A stretch of 64,000 nt of DNA from Chloroflexota bacterium. GTDB taxonomy: Bacteria; Chloroflexota; UBA11872; VXOZ01. The DNA is taken from contig OY760183.1 of the NCBI GenBank assembly GCA_963663275.1, forward strand, positions 1,888,001-1,952,000. The letters run 5' to 3'. Of this stretch, positions 1 to 10,519 are shown in pieces. A program made the translations under genes and the position numbers. Position 1 is the stretch's first letter, and each line of letters opens with the position of its first letter. Below the pieces are notes generated by a model, which was given only the letters and a program-made list of their open reading frames with translations, ran no database searches and was not told where the DNA came from.

Positions 1-283
1 GACCGCGCGCTTGCTCCAGGAATGCCGCCATCGCCGCTTCGTATTCTTCATTGGAGCACGGATACGGGATAGGTACTTCATAGAGCGGCAGCCCCAGCCG
101 CTCCGCCTGCACGCGCAGCAACTGTATTGGCGTGGCCTGTATCGAGACGCGACCAAAGTGAGGCGTCACCGTGGTGAAAACGCCGCGCACGTCGTACCGC
201 TCCGGCTGCTGTCGCAGGACGTGCAACGCCCAGGCGGAGTCTTTCCCCGATGACCACGAGACGAGCACGGGCTTTGGTGGCAC
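1..283 (-). CDS. PP-loop ATPase, DUF71/diphthine-ammonia ligase-like family (5' part; runs off window start)
   Basis: Manual translation, not in ORF track: GTG start with AGGAA upstream, MPPKPVLVSWSSGKDSAWAL...QAERLGLPL...CSNEEYE; SxSGKDS PP-loop motif. Confidence 0.8.
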   Translation of the reverse strand, partial: MPPKPVLVSWSSGKDSAWALHVLRQQPERYDVRGVFTTVTPHFGRVSIQATPIQLLRVQAERLGLPLYEVPIPYPCSNEEYEAAMAAFLEQARG

Positions 284-365
284 TTCCTATCGTGGCCTTT
301 CCTTGAATCCACTGACGCCGCGTTTGTGGGGTAGAGGCGATTACAACCGACGGGGATTCTGTTGG

Positions 366-1328
366 TCATTTGGAACCAAGTATCACTTCCAGCTGCTGAT
401 CGAAGACGTCTCTAAGCTTGGGTAGGAGTTCAAGCATCCATGCCCCAGTTTCCGCCAACTTCTCAGAAGGATAGTCTATGGATCCGTCTCTCCTGATGCA
501 GATGGAGGAGAAATTCCGGTTTTCATGCCTTAACCAATGCCATTCCGGCTTGGGATCAACGACGATGCTCTGTTCAATCTTCACCCGGTCGTCCTTCAAT
601 GTGTCGAAAACTCGCTTGGTGACCCCCTTCTCATTCATGTATATGCTCAGGATCACCCAGGCGCTGTCTCTAGATAATTCCGCCGCATACCTGATGCCCG
701 GGTAAAGGTTAGAGCGAAACATGCGGCCGGTGTGGTCAAAGTACTGGACCGGCCTCTCTTCAAAGCCCTTGCCATGCAGCTTAGCAAGTAGCGGCCAAAA
801 GAACTCAGCGTACTTCCGTTTGTCAGTATCCTTCTCTCCCGATTGGAGTGTGGCCTCTTTGCGCCAGCCGCCAGGCCACACGACCTTGCGGAACCTAGGC
901 GAACGGTCGCCACCAGGCCTCTTTACGACCTCGACCTTGACGCCGTAGAACCGGATGCTGTCTTTCGTCCATTCGTTGAGCCGGTGCAGGGCCTGCGCAT
1001 GTTCGTACACGAAGTCCGGCGCGACCCAGACTGCGATGTGTGCGTCGCGTCCGGTTGCATAGGTGAGCAACTGCCCAAGATGGCCCTGGTCGGTTACCTC
1101 TAGTTGGTTCTCAACAGCTACTTTCGCACCATTGCCGGCAATTCTCGCCAAGATATCTAGGGAGAAATGCCCCACCTGCGCTTCCGTCTGGAGAGATTCC
1201 AGTTTCAAATCTATAGCGTCGCCCAAGACTTGGAGATTCTCGGCGAGCCAGGGGGTGAAGTCGCGCGCCTCATCCTGCCACATGGTGCGGACACTCAACT
1301 GTTCTACCTCATCTTCGCCGTTACCCAA
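366..1328 (-). CDS. DUF4268-domain protein with N-terminal NucS-like PD-(D/E)xK domain
   Basis: N-terminus WQDEARDFTPWLAEN...LDILA...VENQL..TD..HLGQLLTYA is typical of DUF4268 proteins; less GC-rich than neighbours. Confidence 0.75.
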   Translation of the reverse strand: MGNGEDEVEQLSVRTMWQDEARDFTPWLAENLQVLGDAIDLKLESLQTEAQVGHFSLDILARIAGNGAKVAVENQLEVTDQGHLGQLLTYATGRDAHIAVWVAPDFVYEHAQALHRLNEWTKDSIRFYGVKVEVVKRPGGDRSPRFRKVVWPGGWRKEATLQSGEKDTDKRKYAEFFWPLLAKLHGKGFEERPVQYFDHTGRMFRSNLYPGIRYAAELSRDSAWVILSIYMNEKGVTKRVFDTLKDDRVKIEQSIVVDPKPEWHWLRHENRNFSSICIRRDGSIDYPSEKLAETGAWMLELLPKLRDVFDQQLEVILGSK

Positions 1329-1337
1329 TTTGATTTC

Positions 1338-1679
1338 CTATCGCTTCCCAGTGTCTCCAGGTTTAATCACGAAGTCCCGGCGGTCCCGGTACAGGAGCGC
1401 CCGGTTCAGCACATAGTCATCTGTCGCCAAGTCGATATCGGCGCAGTCCGTCATGGTCCAGTACTTGTAATCCCCCAGAAAGAGGTACAGCCGTCTCTGG
1501 TTGAAGAACGCGCACTCCACACCCTCCCCTCGCGTGATGCGCTCACAGAACGCGGCCAGCAATTCCTCTTGGCCGTCCTTCTTGATGACAACGTATTCGT
1601 GCGGCCACGAATCCTTGAACATGACCGCCTCACGCCAGGGGGCGCGGCGTATCAGAGTCATGATGTCATGTGTATTCAT
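1338..1679 (-). CDS. Conserved hypothetical protein (WPHEY / YKYWTM motifs)
   Basis: 113 aa ORF with GAGGA RBS-like sequence, 9 nt upstream of the DUF4268 gene. Confidence 0.65.
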   Translation of the reverse strand: MNTHDIMTLIRRAPWREAVMFKDSWPHEYVVIKKDGQEELLAAFCERITRGEGVECAFFNQRRLYLFLGDYKYWTMTDCADIDLATDDYVLNRALLYRDRRDFVIKPGDTGKR

Positions 1680-1887
1680 CTGGATTATCCTCTTCCTCGG
1701 TGCGTCCTCTATAGCATGCTTAGTCGTCCGCTCGACCTATCGCTTGGCTGCAACTACAGTTAGACATCACACGGCGTGCCGTTCCCGCCAGTAAAGCGGT
1801 CATTCCGATGCGGGCCACAATCCAGATTAGCCATCCCCCGGACTTTGGCTTCAAGAATAACACGGGAATACTCTAGAGTTCGATAAC

Positions 1888-1923
1888 AGACGTAGGGGCA
1901 CGACATGTCGTGCCCCTACGTCT
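1888..1923. repeat. REP-like perfect palindrome, family GTAGGGGCACGACATGTCGTGCCCCTAC (other copies 12900-12945, 20381-20414, 41930-41969)
   Basis: Identical 28-bp palindromic core with GTAG/CTAC ends read directly at four intergenic loci. Confidence 0.9.
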
Positions 1924-2011
1924 ATTGCCTATCCTGCGCAATCTGTCGCTACCACCCACTGCAAGTATCACGAATGCGGCAGTTACGAACTTGCCACTCT
2001 AGTACTCGCCG

Positions 2012-2884
2012 TCACCCAGCGCGAGCGACTGCCTCCTCAATCGCCCGTCCGGCGAACACCGTCGTCAGGTGTTCGCGGTAATCCGCCGAGGCGTGGAGGT
2101 CGTCGTTGAGGTCCTCGATGTTGGCGGCGGCGCGTTTGGCGGCGCGGCGGATGACGGCGGCGTCGACGTGTTTGCCGCGCAGGATGCGCTCGGTGTTGCG
2201 GGCGCGGACCGCCGTCGGGCCGGCGCCGGTCACGCCAATGCGCGCTGCCGCGCAGGCGCCGTCGTCATCCAGCGTAATCGCCGCCGCCACGCCCACCACC
2301 GCGTAGTGGGAGGCCTTGTTCGGCAGTTTCTGGTAAGAAACGCCGGTGCGGGGCGGCAGGGCCGGGATGCGGATTTCGGTCAGAATCTCGTTGGGACGGA
2401 GCGCCGTAGTCAGCAGGTCGCGGAAGAAGCGGTCGATGGACAGCGTGCGGCCGGAGCGCGCCGTGGCGGTGACAAGCTCGAAACCCAGCGCCAGCGCCAA
2501 AGCGGGGAAATCGCCCGCCGGGTCGGCATGGGCCAGGCTGCCGCCGATGGTGCCCTTGTTCTGCACCTGCACGTCGCCCACCTCACCGGCGGCCTGCGCC
2601 AGCGCGGGAATGCGCGCCTGCACGAGCGCCGAATGCTTGATGTCGTGGTAGGTTGACATCGCGCCAATGGCCAGGCTGCCGTCGTCTTCCTCACGGATGA
2701 AGCGCAGTTCGGAAATCTTGCCCAGGTCAATCAGGCACTGCGGCGTGGATAGACGCAGTTTCATGATGGGCAGCAGGCTGTGGCCGCCCGCCAGCAATTT
2801 CGCCTCGTCCCCGTGCTGCCGCAGCAGCCGCAGGGCGTCGGCAACGGACGTCGGCGCGTAGTAATCGAACGCTTGGGGGATCAT
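2012..2884 (-). CDS. coxM: Xanthine dehydrogenase/CO dehydrogenase family FAD-binding medium subunit
   Basis: LAGGHSLLPIMKLR, VQNKGTIGGSLAHADPAGD motifs; overlaps large-subunit stop. Confidence 0.9.
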   Translation of the reverse strand: MIPQAFDYYAPTSVADALRLLRQHGDEAKLLAGGHSLLPIMKLRLSTPQCLIDLGKISELRFIREEDDGSLAIGAMSTYHDIKHSALVQARIPALAQAAGEVGDVQVQNKGTIGGSLAHADPAGDFPALALALGFELVTATARSGRTLSIDRFFRDLLTTALRPNEILTEIRIPALPPRTGVSYQKLPNKASHYAVVGVAAAITLDDDGACAAARIGVTGAGPTAVRARNTERILRGKHVDAAVIRRAAKRAAANIEDLNDDLHASADYREHLTTVFAGRAIEEAVARAG

Positions 2885-5262
2885 GAGCGGCCTCCTCTCC
2901 GGCTACGGCCATGTTTCTGCAGTACCCGCCAGATGCGCTCGGCAGTCATGGGAATGTCTACGTGGGTCACGCCCAGGTGCGAGAGCGCGTCCACCACCGC
3001 GTTGGCGACGGTGGGCGTGGCGGAGATGGTCGCCATCTCGCCAATGCCCTTCGCGCCCATGGGGTTGACCGGGCTCGGCGTCACCGTGCGGTCGAGCTCG
3101 AACATCGGAAATTCCTGAGCAAACGGCATCGCGTAGTCCATGAGCGAGCCGGAAACTAGCTGCCCTTCGTCGTCCCAGACCGCCTGCTCCAGCAGCGCCT
3201 GGCCGATGCCCTGCGCCAGGCCGCCGTGAATCTGCCCTTCCACGAGCGTGGGATTGATGACCGTGCCGCAGTCGTCCACGGAAACGTAACGCTTCAAAGA
3301 GACCTCGCCTGTGTCCCGGTCGATCTCCACCACGGCGATGTGGGCGCTGAAGGGGAAGGTCAGTCCCGGCGGTTCCCAGAAGGAGACCGCCTCCAAGCCG
3401 GGTTGCTCGTCTTCCGGCAGCAACTGGCCGTCGTAGGCTTCGGAACCCACTTCGGCCCAGGTAACGTACTGGTCCGGCATGTCCTGCACGGCGAACAAGC
3501 CGTCTTCAAGCGTAATGAGGGTGGGATCGAGCGTATCGCCGATCTTGTCTTCCAGCAGCGCCGTGGCGATGCGCTTGGCCTTGTCCTTGATCTGTTCGTT
3601 GGCCTTGAGAATCGCCGTGCCGCCGACGACCAGCGTGCGGCTGCCAAAGGTGCCGACGCCGCGGGCGACGATGCTCGTGTCCCCGTGAATGATCTCGATG
3701 TCCTCGAAGGGCACGCCGAGATCGTCGGCCACGATTTGCGCAAAGGAGGTTTCCTCGCCCTGGCCGTGAGGCGACGCGCCGGTGAGAACGGTGACTTTGC
3801 CCATGGGGTCCACGCGCACCGTGGCGCTCTCGAACCCGCCCAGTCCGCCCATGGCGGCGGCGGGACCGAAACCGCAGACCTCGGTGGTCACGGTCACGCC
3901 GATGCCCATGAGCGTACCGGCCTTGCGCTGCGCCTTTTGTTCCGCCCGCAGGTTGTCGTAATCGGCGATTGCCAGCGCCTTATCCAGCGCGGCCTCATAA
4001 TCGGCGCTGTCGTACTCCATCTCGGTGGGAGTGGTGTAGGGGAAGGCGTCTTTGGGGATGAAGTTCTTGCGCCGCACGGCCACCGGGTCTTTGCCCGTCG
4101 CGTCGGCGATCAGGTCCATCACCCGCTCGATGATGTACGCCGCTTCCGGCCGTCCGGCGCCGCGATAGGCGTCGTAGGGAATCTTGTTGGTGTAGACACC
4201 AATAGTGGTCCAGCCGATGTCGCGAATGCCGTAGACGCCCGGCGAGAGCGAAGGCGTGAGCGTGGGAATAACGTGGGAAATCACCTGCGCGTACGCGCCC
4301 AGGTCGGCGTAGATCTTCAGCTTCATGCCCAGCAGGGTGCCATCCTTCTTATAGGCGGCTTCCACGTACTGCGCCTGTCCCCGGCCGTGGCTGGTGGAGA
4401 CGAAGTGCTCCGTGCGGTCTTCCGCCCACTTGACCGGCCGGCCGACTTTCTGGGCAAGGATAATGGCGATCAGGGATTCAGAGTAGGTATTGATCTTGCA
4501 GCCGAAACCGCCGCCCACGTCGATGGCGATCACGCGCAGTTTGTTCTCCGGCATGCCCAACATGCGGGCCGCGACCATGCGCTCGATGTGGGGATTCTGC
4601 GTGGTGACCCACAGCGTGGCGTTGCCGCTGCTGCGCTCGAAGTCGGCCACCGCCGCCCGCGGCTCCATGGGATTGGGAATGAGGCGGGGCTGCTCCAGGC
4701 GCGCTTCCACCACGCCGTCGGCCTCGGCGAAAGCGCGGTCGGGATCGCCGGCCTGGTCGGTGGCCTCGTAGCATTGATTGGTGCCCAAGTCCTCGTGGAT
4801 GACGGGCTGGCCCGCGTCCACCGCGGTCTCCATGTCCACCACGACGGGCAGCGGCTCGTAGTCTACGTCGATCAGGTCGAGCGCGTCCCGGGCGGCTGCC
4901 CGCGAGGCTGCGACCACCGCGGCAACCGGCTCGCCGACGTAATTGGCCTTATCCGCCGCCATGGGCCAGCGTTCCGGATACTTCATGTCGTCCAAGATGG
5001 CAAACAGCGGGAACGGTTCCGCGCACCGTTCGTTGATTTCCGCGCCGGTCATCACGCCCAACACGTCGGGGTGGGCCGCGGCCTGCGCCGTATCGATGCT
5101 ATTGATGCGCGCGTGGGCGTACGGACTGCGCAGCACGGCGAAATACGCCATGCCCGGCAGGATGACGTCGTCCGTATACTTGCCCTCGCCGGTGATGAGG
5201 CGAGGGTCTTCCTTGCGCTTCACGCGCGAACCGATCAATTTGGATACCTGGCCAGCGATCAT
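2881..5262 (-). CDS. coxL: Molybdopterin-binding large subunit, form II CoxL-like molybdenum hydroxylase
   Basis: VGGGFGCK, AYRGAGRPEA (form II signature), HGQGEET, VEGQIHGGLAQGIGQAL, GAKGIGE; gene order S-L-M. Confidence 0.88.
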   Translation of the reverse strand: MIAGQVSKLIGSRVKRKEDPRLITGEGKYTDDVILPGMAYFAVLRSPYAHARINSIDTAQAAAHPDVLGVMTGAEINERCAEPFPLFAILDDMKYPERWPMAADKANYVGEPVAAVVAASRAAARDALDLIDVDYEPLPVVVDMETAVDAGQPVIHEDLGTNQCYEATDQAGDPDRAFAEADGVVEARLEQPRLIPNPMEPRAAVADFERSSGNATLWVTTQNPHIERMVAARMLGMPENKLRVIAIDVGGGFGCKINTYSESLIAIILAQKVGRPVKWAEDRTEHFVSTSHGRGQAQYVEAAYKKDGTLLGMKLKIYADLGAYAQVISHVIPTLTPSLSPGVYGIRDIGWTTIGVYTNKIPYDAYRGAGRPEAAYIIERVMDLIADATGKDPVAVRRKNFIPKDAFPYTTPTEMEYDSADYEAALDKALAIADYDNLRAEQKAQRKAGTLMGIGVTVTTEVCGFGPAAAMGGLGGFESATVRVDPMGKVTVLTGASPHGQGEETSFAQIVADDLGVPFEDIEIIHGDTSIVARGVGTFGSRTLVVGGTAILKANEQIKDKAKRIATALLEDKIGDTLDPTLITLEDGLFAVQDMPDQYVTWAEVGSEAYDGQLLPEDEQPGLEAVSFWEPPGLTFPFSAHIAVVEIDRDTGEVSLKRYVSVDDCGTVINPTLVEGQIHGGLAQGIGQALLEQAVWDDEGQLVSGSLMDYAMPFAQEFPMFELDRTVTPSPVNPMGAKGIGEMATISATPTVANAVVDALSHLGVTHVDIPMTAERIWRVLQKHGRSRRGGRS

Positions 5263-5500
5263 CGCCTCGCTCCTTTACTTTCGCGCCTGGCCTCTGCCAA
5301 TTTCCCTTGGAATTGCAGAGGGCTGAAACTCTCTGAGAAAAAGCCTCTGTGTTCTCTCCGCAATTCCGTAACGGCAAGAGGCGCGACTATAATTCCCGGT
5401 CTGCCTCCCGGCGCATCGTTCTGCATCGCCTCGCCGGCGGTGTCCGCTCGCGGCGAAGGCGTGTGGGCTGTACGTGCGCCGTTGAGAACTACGAGTGCCT

Positions 5501-5974
5501 CTACGCCTGTTCCTGCATCCGTTGGGCGGCGAATTGCGCCGCTTTCACGATGTTCTGGTAGCCGGTGCAGCGGCAGATGTTGCCGGCCAGCGAGTGGCGG
5601 ATTTCGTCCTCACTGGGATCGGGTTGCTCCTCCAGCACCTGGTGGAGGGTCATGATGATGCCCGGCGTGCAGAAGCCGCACTGCAACCCGTGCTCTTCCC
5701 AGAAGCCTTCCTGCACCGGATGCAGTTCGCCGTCCTGCGCCAAGCCTTCGATGGTGGTCACCTCGCTGCCGTCGGCCTGCACGGCGAGCACCGTGCAAGA
5801 CTTGACCGCCGCACCGTCCACGACCACCGTGCACGCGCCGCATTGACTGGTGTCGCATCCCACGTGCGTGCCGGTGAGCCCCAGCTCGTCACGCAGGTAA
5901 TACGCCAGCAACGTGCGCGGCTCGACGCTGCCGGTGTGACGTGTGCCGTTCACTGTCACCGTAATCTCGGGCAT
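5501..5974 (-). CDS. coxS: 2Fe-2S small subunit of the molybdenum hydroxylase
   Basis: [12 protein letters not shown] and LQCGFCTPG...GNICRCTGY; start refined to MPEITV behind a G-rich RBS. Confidence 0.92.
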   Translation of the reverse strand: MPEITVTVNGTRHTGSVEPRTLLAYYLRDELGLTGTHVGCDTSQCGACTVVVDGAAVKSCTVLAVQADGSEVTTIEGLAQDGELHPVQEGFWEEHGLQCGFCTPGIIMTLHQVLEEQPDPSEDEIRHSLAGNICRCTGYQNIVKAAQFAAQRMQEQA

Positions 5975-6126
5975 ACCGCTATCCCCCCCTACGCAAAAGC
6001 GTGTCTGCGCGCGCCAAAGAGCGCGATGCGCCAAAAATACTTGGTCTAGTATACCAAGTGTGTTTCAATTGCACACGCGGGTGAATCCGAGTGTTGAGCA
6101 CGCTCAGTTGTTGAAACGTCCTGAAT

Positions 6127-6219
6127 TGGCCCTATTCGTCAAAGTGGATCCATTCGTCAAAATGGCCTATTCGTAAAGATGGCCCCATTTTTCAAAGCGG
6201 CCCTATTCGTCAAGTGGAA
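6127..6219. repeat. About five degenerate 17-18 bp tandem direct repeats (TGGCCCTATTCGTCAAAG) between divergent coxS and coxG
   Basis: Units read directly: tggccctattcgtcaaag / tggatccattcgtcaaaa / tggcctattcgtaaaga / tggccccatttttcaaag / cggccctattcgtcaag. Confidence 0.8.
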
Positions 6220-6222
6220 TCA

Positions 6223-6267
6223 GCCCAACCGTTCGTGCTGAGCCTGTCGAAGTATGAACGGTTGGGC
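6223..6267. repeat. Palindromic repeat family CCGTTCAT.CTTCGACAGGCTCAG.ACGAACGG (other copies 39128-39184, about 43286-43318, about 58570-58605; variant about 43217-43247)
   Basis: Near-identical 33-bp hairpin core at four to five intergenic loci, in both orientations. Confidence 0.85.
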
Positions 6268-6402
6268 GGATTCTCATGGGAACGCTGTCGCCAATCCTCT
6301 ACTCTTGCATGGTTGCGGCGGCATAACCGATTAGAATGCCGGCCGGCATTGGCGGTATCATGGGAGAAACGATAAGCCACACACCGAGCAAGGGAAGAAC
6401 GC

Positions 6403-6846
6403 ATGAAGGTCGAAGGCACGTTTACGATCAAGGCGGAGAGAGACCGCGTCTGGGAACTGCTGCAAGACCCGGAGGTGCTGGCGGCGTGCATCCCCGGCTG
6501 CGAGAAGCTGGAACCGGCGGGCGACGATACCTTTGCGGCAACCCTGAACGTGGGCGTGGCCGGCATCAAAGGGCGCTACCAGGGCACGGTGGCGGTGGCC
6601 GACCGGGACCCGCCAAACGGCTACCGCATGATCGTGGAAGGCAAGGGCGGCCCCGGCTTTGTGAAAGGCGAGGGCAGCTTTGCGCTCTCCGAGAAGAAGC
6701 CCGGCGTCACCACCATCCACGTCACCGGCGAAGGCCAAGCCGGCGGCACCCTGGCCCGCGTGGGCCAACGCCTCATGCTCCAAGCCGCCAAACTGCTGAT
6801 GAAGCAGTTCTTCACGCGGCTGAATAGAGAAGCCTCGGCGCGCTAA
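6403..6846 (+). CDS. coxG: CoxG / SRPBCC family protein
   Basis: VWELLQDPEVLAACIPGCEKL...GGTLARVGQRL; adjacent to coxSLM. Confidence 0.88.
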   Translation: MKVEGTFTIKAERDRVWELLQDPEVLAACIPGCEKLEPAGDDTFAATLNVGVAGIKGRYQGTVAVADRDPPNGYRMIVEGKGGPGFVKGEGSFALSEKKPGVTTIHVTGEGQAGGTLARVGQRLMLQAAKLLMKQFFTRLNREASAR

Positions 6847-6950
6847 GAAAAACTCCGTAAGAGGGGTGAGGCTATCTGTCCGCGTAGCTTAGTGCCCTGC
6901 AAATGTGCTGTACCCAATCTCGCGCGTATCTCGGGTTGTGCCGATGGACA

Positions 6951-8033
6951 CTACCGGCTGCTCGCCTCTTCATAGGCTTTCGTGAAGACGTCGATTACCC
7001 GGGGCGTAATCTCGTGAATGGTGTTCCCTTGTCCAATCTTGAGTGGCTCAATCACCGCTTCAACGAGTTCAATTGAGTTTGGGGCGTGCCGCTTGAAGAC
7101 GGACCTCCATACCGAGATGTAAGGCTGCTGATTGTCGTTCCAGATAGTCACCAAGCCAGCGTTGTCTGGCATAATTCGAGGCAGCAGCGTGTAGCGGTTT
7201 ACGCCGGCGAAGGAAGAGAGACGCACGTTTGGCAATTCGGCTATCTGCTCCGCCCAAGCAATTAACTCCTCAAACATGGCGCGGGCTTCATCGGTTGCGC
7301 CTACGACCGACGCCCGAAACGCAGCGGAACCATCTGACTCTATGCCTTCGACCTTTTTGGGCGGGCTCCCGCCATCGCTTACAAAGGGTATCGCTGCACT
7401 GAGATCAGGTGAGACGCGCTGTGGCAAGGCGACCTGTGCGCCATTTAATTCGTAGACTGTCAGGGTGATGAGGTCAATCGTCAGCGCCTGGATGGTCATT
7501 GCGTCCAGGTAAGCAACGAGCCTTTCTAATTCAGCCGGCACTTCGTCCAGCACAAGAACCAGTCTGAAGTTCCCCCGGTCAAGAAACTCTTGCATAGAAG
7601 CGGTGAATGAATCAACATCCACTGCACCTTCCTGGTCCTGAGACTGTACGGCATTCAAGATGGACGCATATCCTGCATCTGCGAGGGGCCTCCTGAGAGG
7701 TCCTTGCTCAAGTCCTTCGACCGTTAATCCATGTAGGAACGCCGCGTATGACATGATCTGTGACACAATAGCTCGACGCGCCTCCGAACTCTTGGCTAGC
7801 TTCACTTCAATGATGGCGGGGCGGCCCGACGACTCTACCGCCACCAGGTCCGCGTAGCCGATTCCCAAATATACTTCGGATCCCAATACACTGAGATTTG
7901 GCGAACCGGCGAGTGGCAGAAGCCGAGGGTTCTGTTCTATCAGTGTGTGTAGGGTGGCTTCATCTTCAAACGCCTGGGGCGAACCCAACTGCCATCCTTC
8001 CCCTGTGTTCGTCCATATTCCGGTCATACTCAT
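6951..8033 (-). CDS. Hypothetical protein with N-terminal NucS-like PD-(D/E)xK nuclease domain
   Basis: FEDEATLH...ADLVAVESSGRPAIIEVK...QIMSYA (E..D..ExK..QxxxY); start refined to MSMTG behind GAGG; less GC-rich. Confidence 0.7.
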   Translation of the reverse strand: MSMTGIWTNTGEGWQLGSPQAFEDEATLHTLIEQNPRLLPLAGSPNLSVLGSEVYLGIGYADLVAVESSGRPAIIEVKLAKSSEARRAIVSQIMSYAAFLHGLTVEGLEQGPLRRPLADAGYASILNAVQSQDQEGAVDVDSFTASMQEFLDRGNFRLVLVLDEVPAELERLVAYLDAMTIQALTIDLITLTVYELNGAQVALPQRVSPDLSAAIPFVSDGGSPPKKVEGIESDGSAAFRASVVGATDEARAMFEELIAWAEQIAELPNVRLSSFAGVNRYTLLPRIMPDNAGLVTIWNDNQQPYISVWRSVFKRHAPNSIELVEAVIEPLKIGQGNTIHEITPRVIDVFTKAYEEASSR

Positions 8034-8586
8034 ACCTCGTGTGCCACGACTACCCAATTTGCAACTGACCAAATTCGATGTGCAAGTATCGAAGCGAGAC
8101 GGCATTCCTCAGCCCATTTCTAACCATTCAATTGTACATCGATTCGTCATGAAAAGGCGGCGTTGGGTAGCTTCCAAGTGGCGATTACTGTTGGAGCACT
8201 TGGCCTCCGGGTGCTCTGCACTCGGAGGCCAAGTGCTCGGTCAAAAACGGTATACATGGCAAGTTTCAACGCAGATTGCGGCAGGGCTACGCTGCCTACA
8301 TTCGCCGTGAAGAGGACGGCCCTAGCCTGTGCGTTGTCTTGGAATAGGTAGCTACGAGTCTCGCAGCTACTAGGATGAAGATTCTGCACAATTGCAGCCG
8401 ACCTGGACGCATGGCGGCCTGCTTGCGCGGAATGCCGTCAGCGTAGATTGTGTATGATGCTAGTGCGCCACTGGGGGCGAGGGTGTGGAGAGAGGGGTTT
8501 GCCGCGGGTAGGCTTAGGGCGGTGGCGGCGGGAACTTGGCGCGTGGACGTTGGGGACTTCATCGATATGTTCAAGGAGCAAGGCAC

Positions 8587-9324
<738 letters not shown>

Positions 9325-9358
9325 CCGGCGGCAGGAGGCCCGGCGCGCTTACTGCTCT

Positions 9359-9435
9359 GGCGGGGGATAAGCCCCCGCGCTACGTTAATGCTTGAATGAA
9401 ACGTAGGGGCGGTTCGCGAACCGCCCCTACACGTT
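9359..9435. repeat. Pair of REP-like palindromes (GCGGGGGATAAGCCCCCGCGCTAC and GTAGGGGCGGTTCGCGAACCGCCCCTAC) between convergent genes
   Basis: Read directly; the same families recur at 13003-13183, 20435-20530, 29036-29242, 36558-36724 and 40543. Confidence 0.85.
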
Positions 9436-9475
9436 GGCCTCGTTCACAGAAGCATGTCGGTTGCGCCGGGGTACG

Positions 9476-9988
9476 CTACGGCGGCGTCTCGCGATCACTT
9501 TCGACCAAGCGCGTGGCGGTTTCCTCAGCGTCGCCCAGTCCAATCGTGGCTGCCGCCAGCGCCAGCCCGATCTGCAAGAGCACGCCCGCGGCCAGGATCG
9601 GCGTAACGCCCACCGCGCCTGTGCCGATTTCCCACCAGCGTTCGAAGACGGACATCGACTCCCAGCGGTCGGTGTAGCGTCCGTCCAACGGCGCGGTATC
9701 GTAGTTTGCCGCCAGATGCTGCCAGATGCCCACTGCGGCCATGATGACCGCCGTCGCCGCCATCGCGCGGGCGAGCCGGACCGTCAGTCGTGAAACGCGC
9801 GCCAGCAGGGTCGCCAAGCCAACGCAGACTCCGCCGAGTGCCGCCCACGGCAGCGCCTGAATCCAGTCGTGCCAGTGGCGCGCCAACGCCAACTCGCCCG
9901 CCGTGCCGATTACGCCGAGCGCCGCCAGCGCCAGCAACGCCGCCCGCAAGAGTTCGGCGCGTCCGTTTTGCCTGATGCGTTGAATCAC
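9476..9988 (-). CDS. Hypothetical membrane protein (about 4 TM)
   Basis: Four hydrophobic segments; ATGA overlap with the upstream lipoprotein gene. Confidence 0.65.
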   Translation of the reverse strand: MIQRIRQNGRAELLRAALLALAALGVIGTAGELALARHWHDWIQALPWAALGGVCVGLATLLARVSRLTVRLARAMAATAVIMAAVGIWQHLAANYDTAPLDGRYTDRWESMSVFERWWEIGTGAVGVTPILAAGVLLQIGLALAAATIGLGDAEETATRLVESDRETPP

Positions 9989-10431
9989 GGTAAGTGCAAC
10001 TGCCCAACGATCGCGTCCACGACGCCGGGGCCTGGATTGTACTTGGCAAGCTCAGCGCGCAGTTTCTTGAACTCCGTATCGTCCGCGGGGTAGGGACGGT
10101 ACTCCACCACCTCGTGCGCCCATTTTGCCGCGTTGCTGATGCCGGCGGCTTCGAAAGCGGCCGCGAGTTCGTCTTCGCTCGCGTTGTTCGCCGACAGCGT
10201 TTGCGGTTCACTCTCGCCGGCCGCCGGCGATGCCGCGGTCTGGCTCGCCGCCGTATCTGTGGCGGCGGATTCCGAATCCCCGCCGCATGCGGCGCTCATC
10301 AAGACCGCGAACGCCAAGAGTGCGGCCAAGGCGAAACGGCCGAGCGGGATGCGGCGTTCGCCGCCGTTCACGGTGAACACTCGCGCGACGCTTCCGCGCC
10401 CCCTGAACGGGGCCACTGCAATGAAACCCAT
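9985..10431 (-). CDS. Hypothetical lipoprotein with C-terminal helical (HhH/ComEA-like) domain
   Basis: Lipobox AAC, Ala/Ser/Thr linker, then SANNASEDEL...VVEYRPY; GAGGAG RBS. Confidence 0.6.
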   Translation of the reverse strand: MGFIAVAPFRGRGSVARVFTVNGGERRIPLGRFALAALLAFAVLMSAACGGDSESAATDTAASQTAASPAAGESEPQTLSANNASEDELAAAFEAAGISNAAKWAHEVVEYRPYPADDTEFKKLRAELAKYNPGPGVVDAIVGQLHLP

Positions 10432-10519
10432 GGTATGACTCCTCGTTTCATTCGTTTCTGCACGGTGATCCTGGCAGCGGGCGCGTGCTGCGCTGTACGG
10501 CGCCTCTTCTCGCGCCTGC

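Noticed and set aside
2881-5262. Bona fide aerobic CO dehydrogenase (form I)
   Set aside because: Lacks the AYxCSFR Cu-binding motif; has AYRGAGR and S-L-M order.
3226-5655. Long antisense ORFs (3226-5655, 13852-16941, 34316-36232, 44953-46518, 53300-55417 and similar)
   Set aside because: Shadow ORFs opposite well-supported genes, expected from high-GC codon bias; no motifs.
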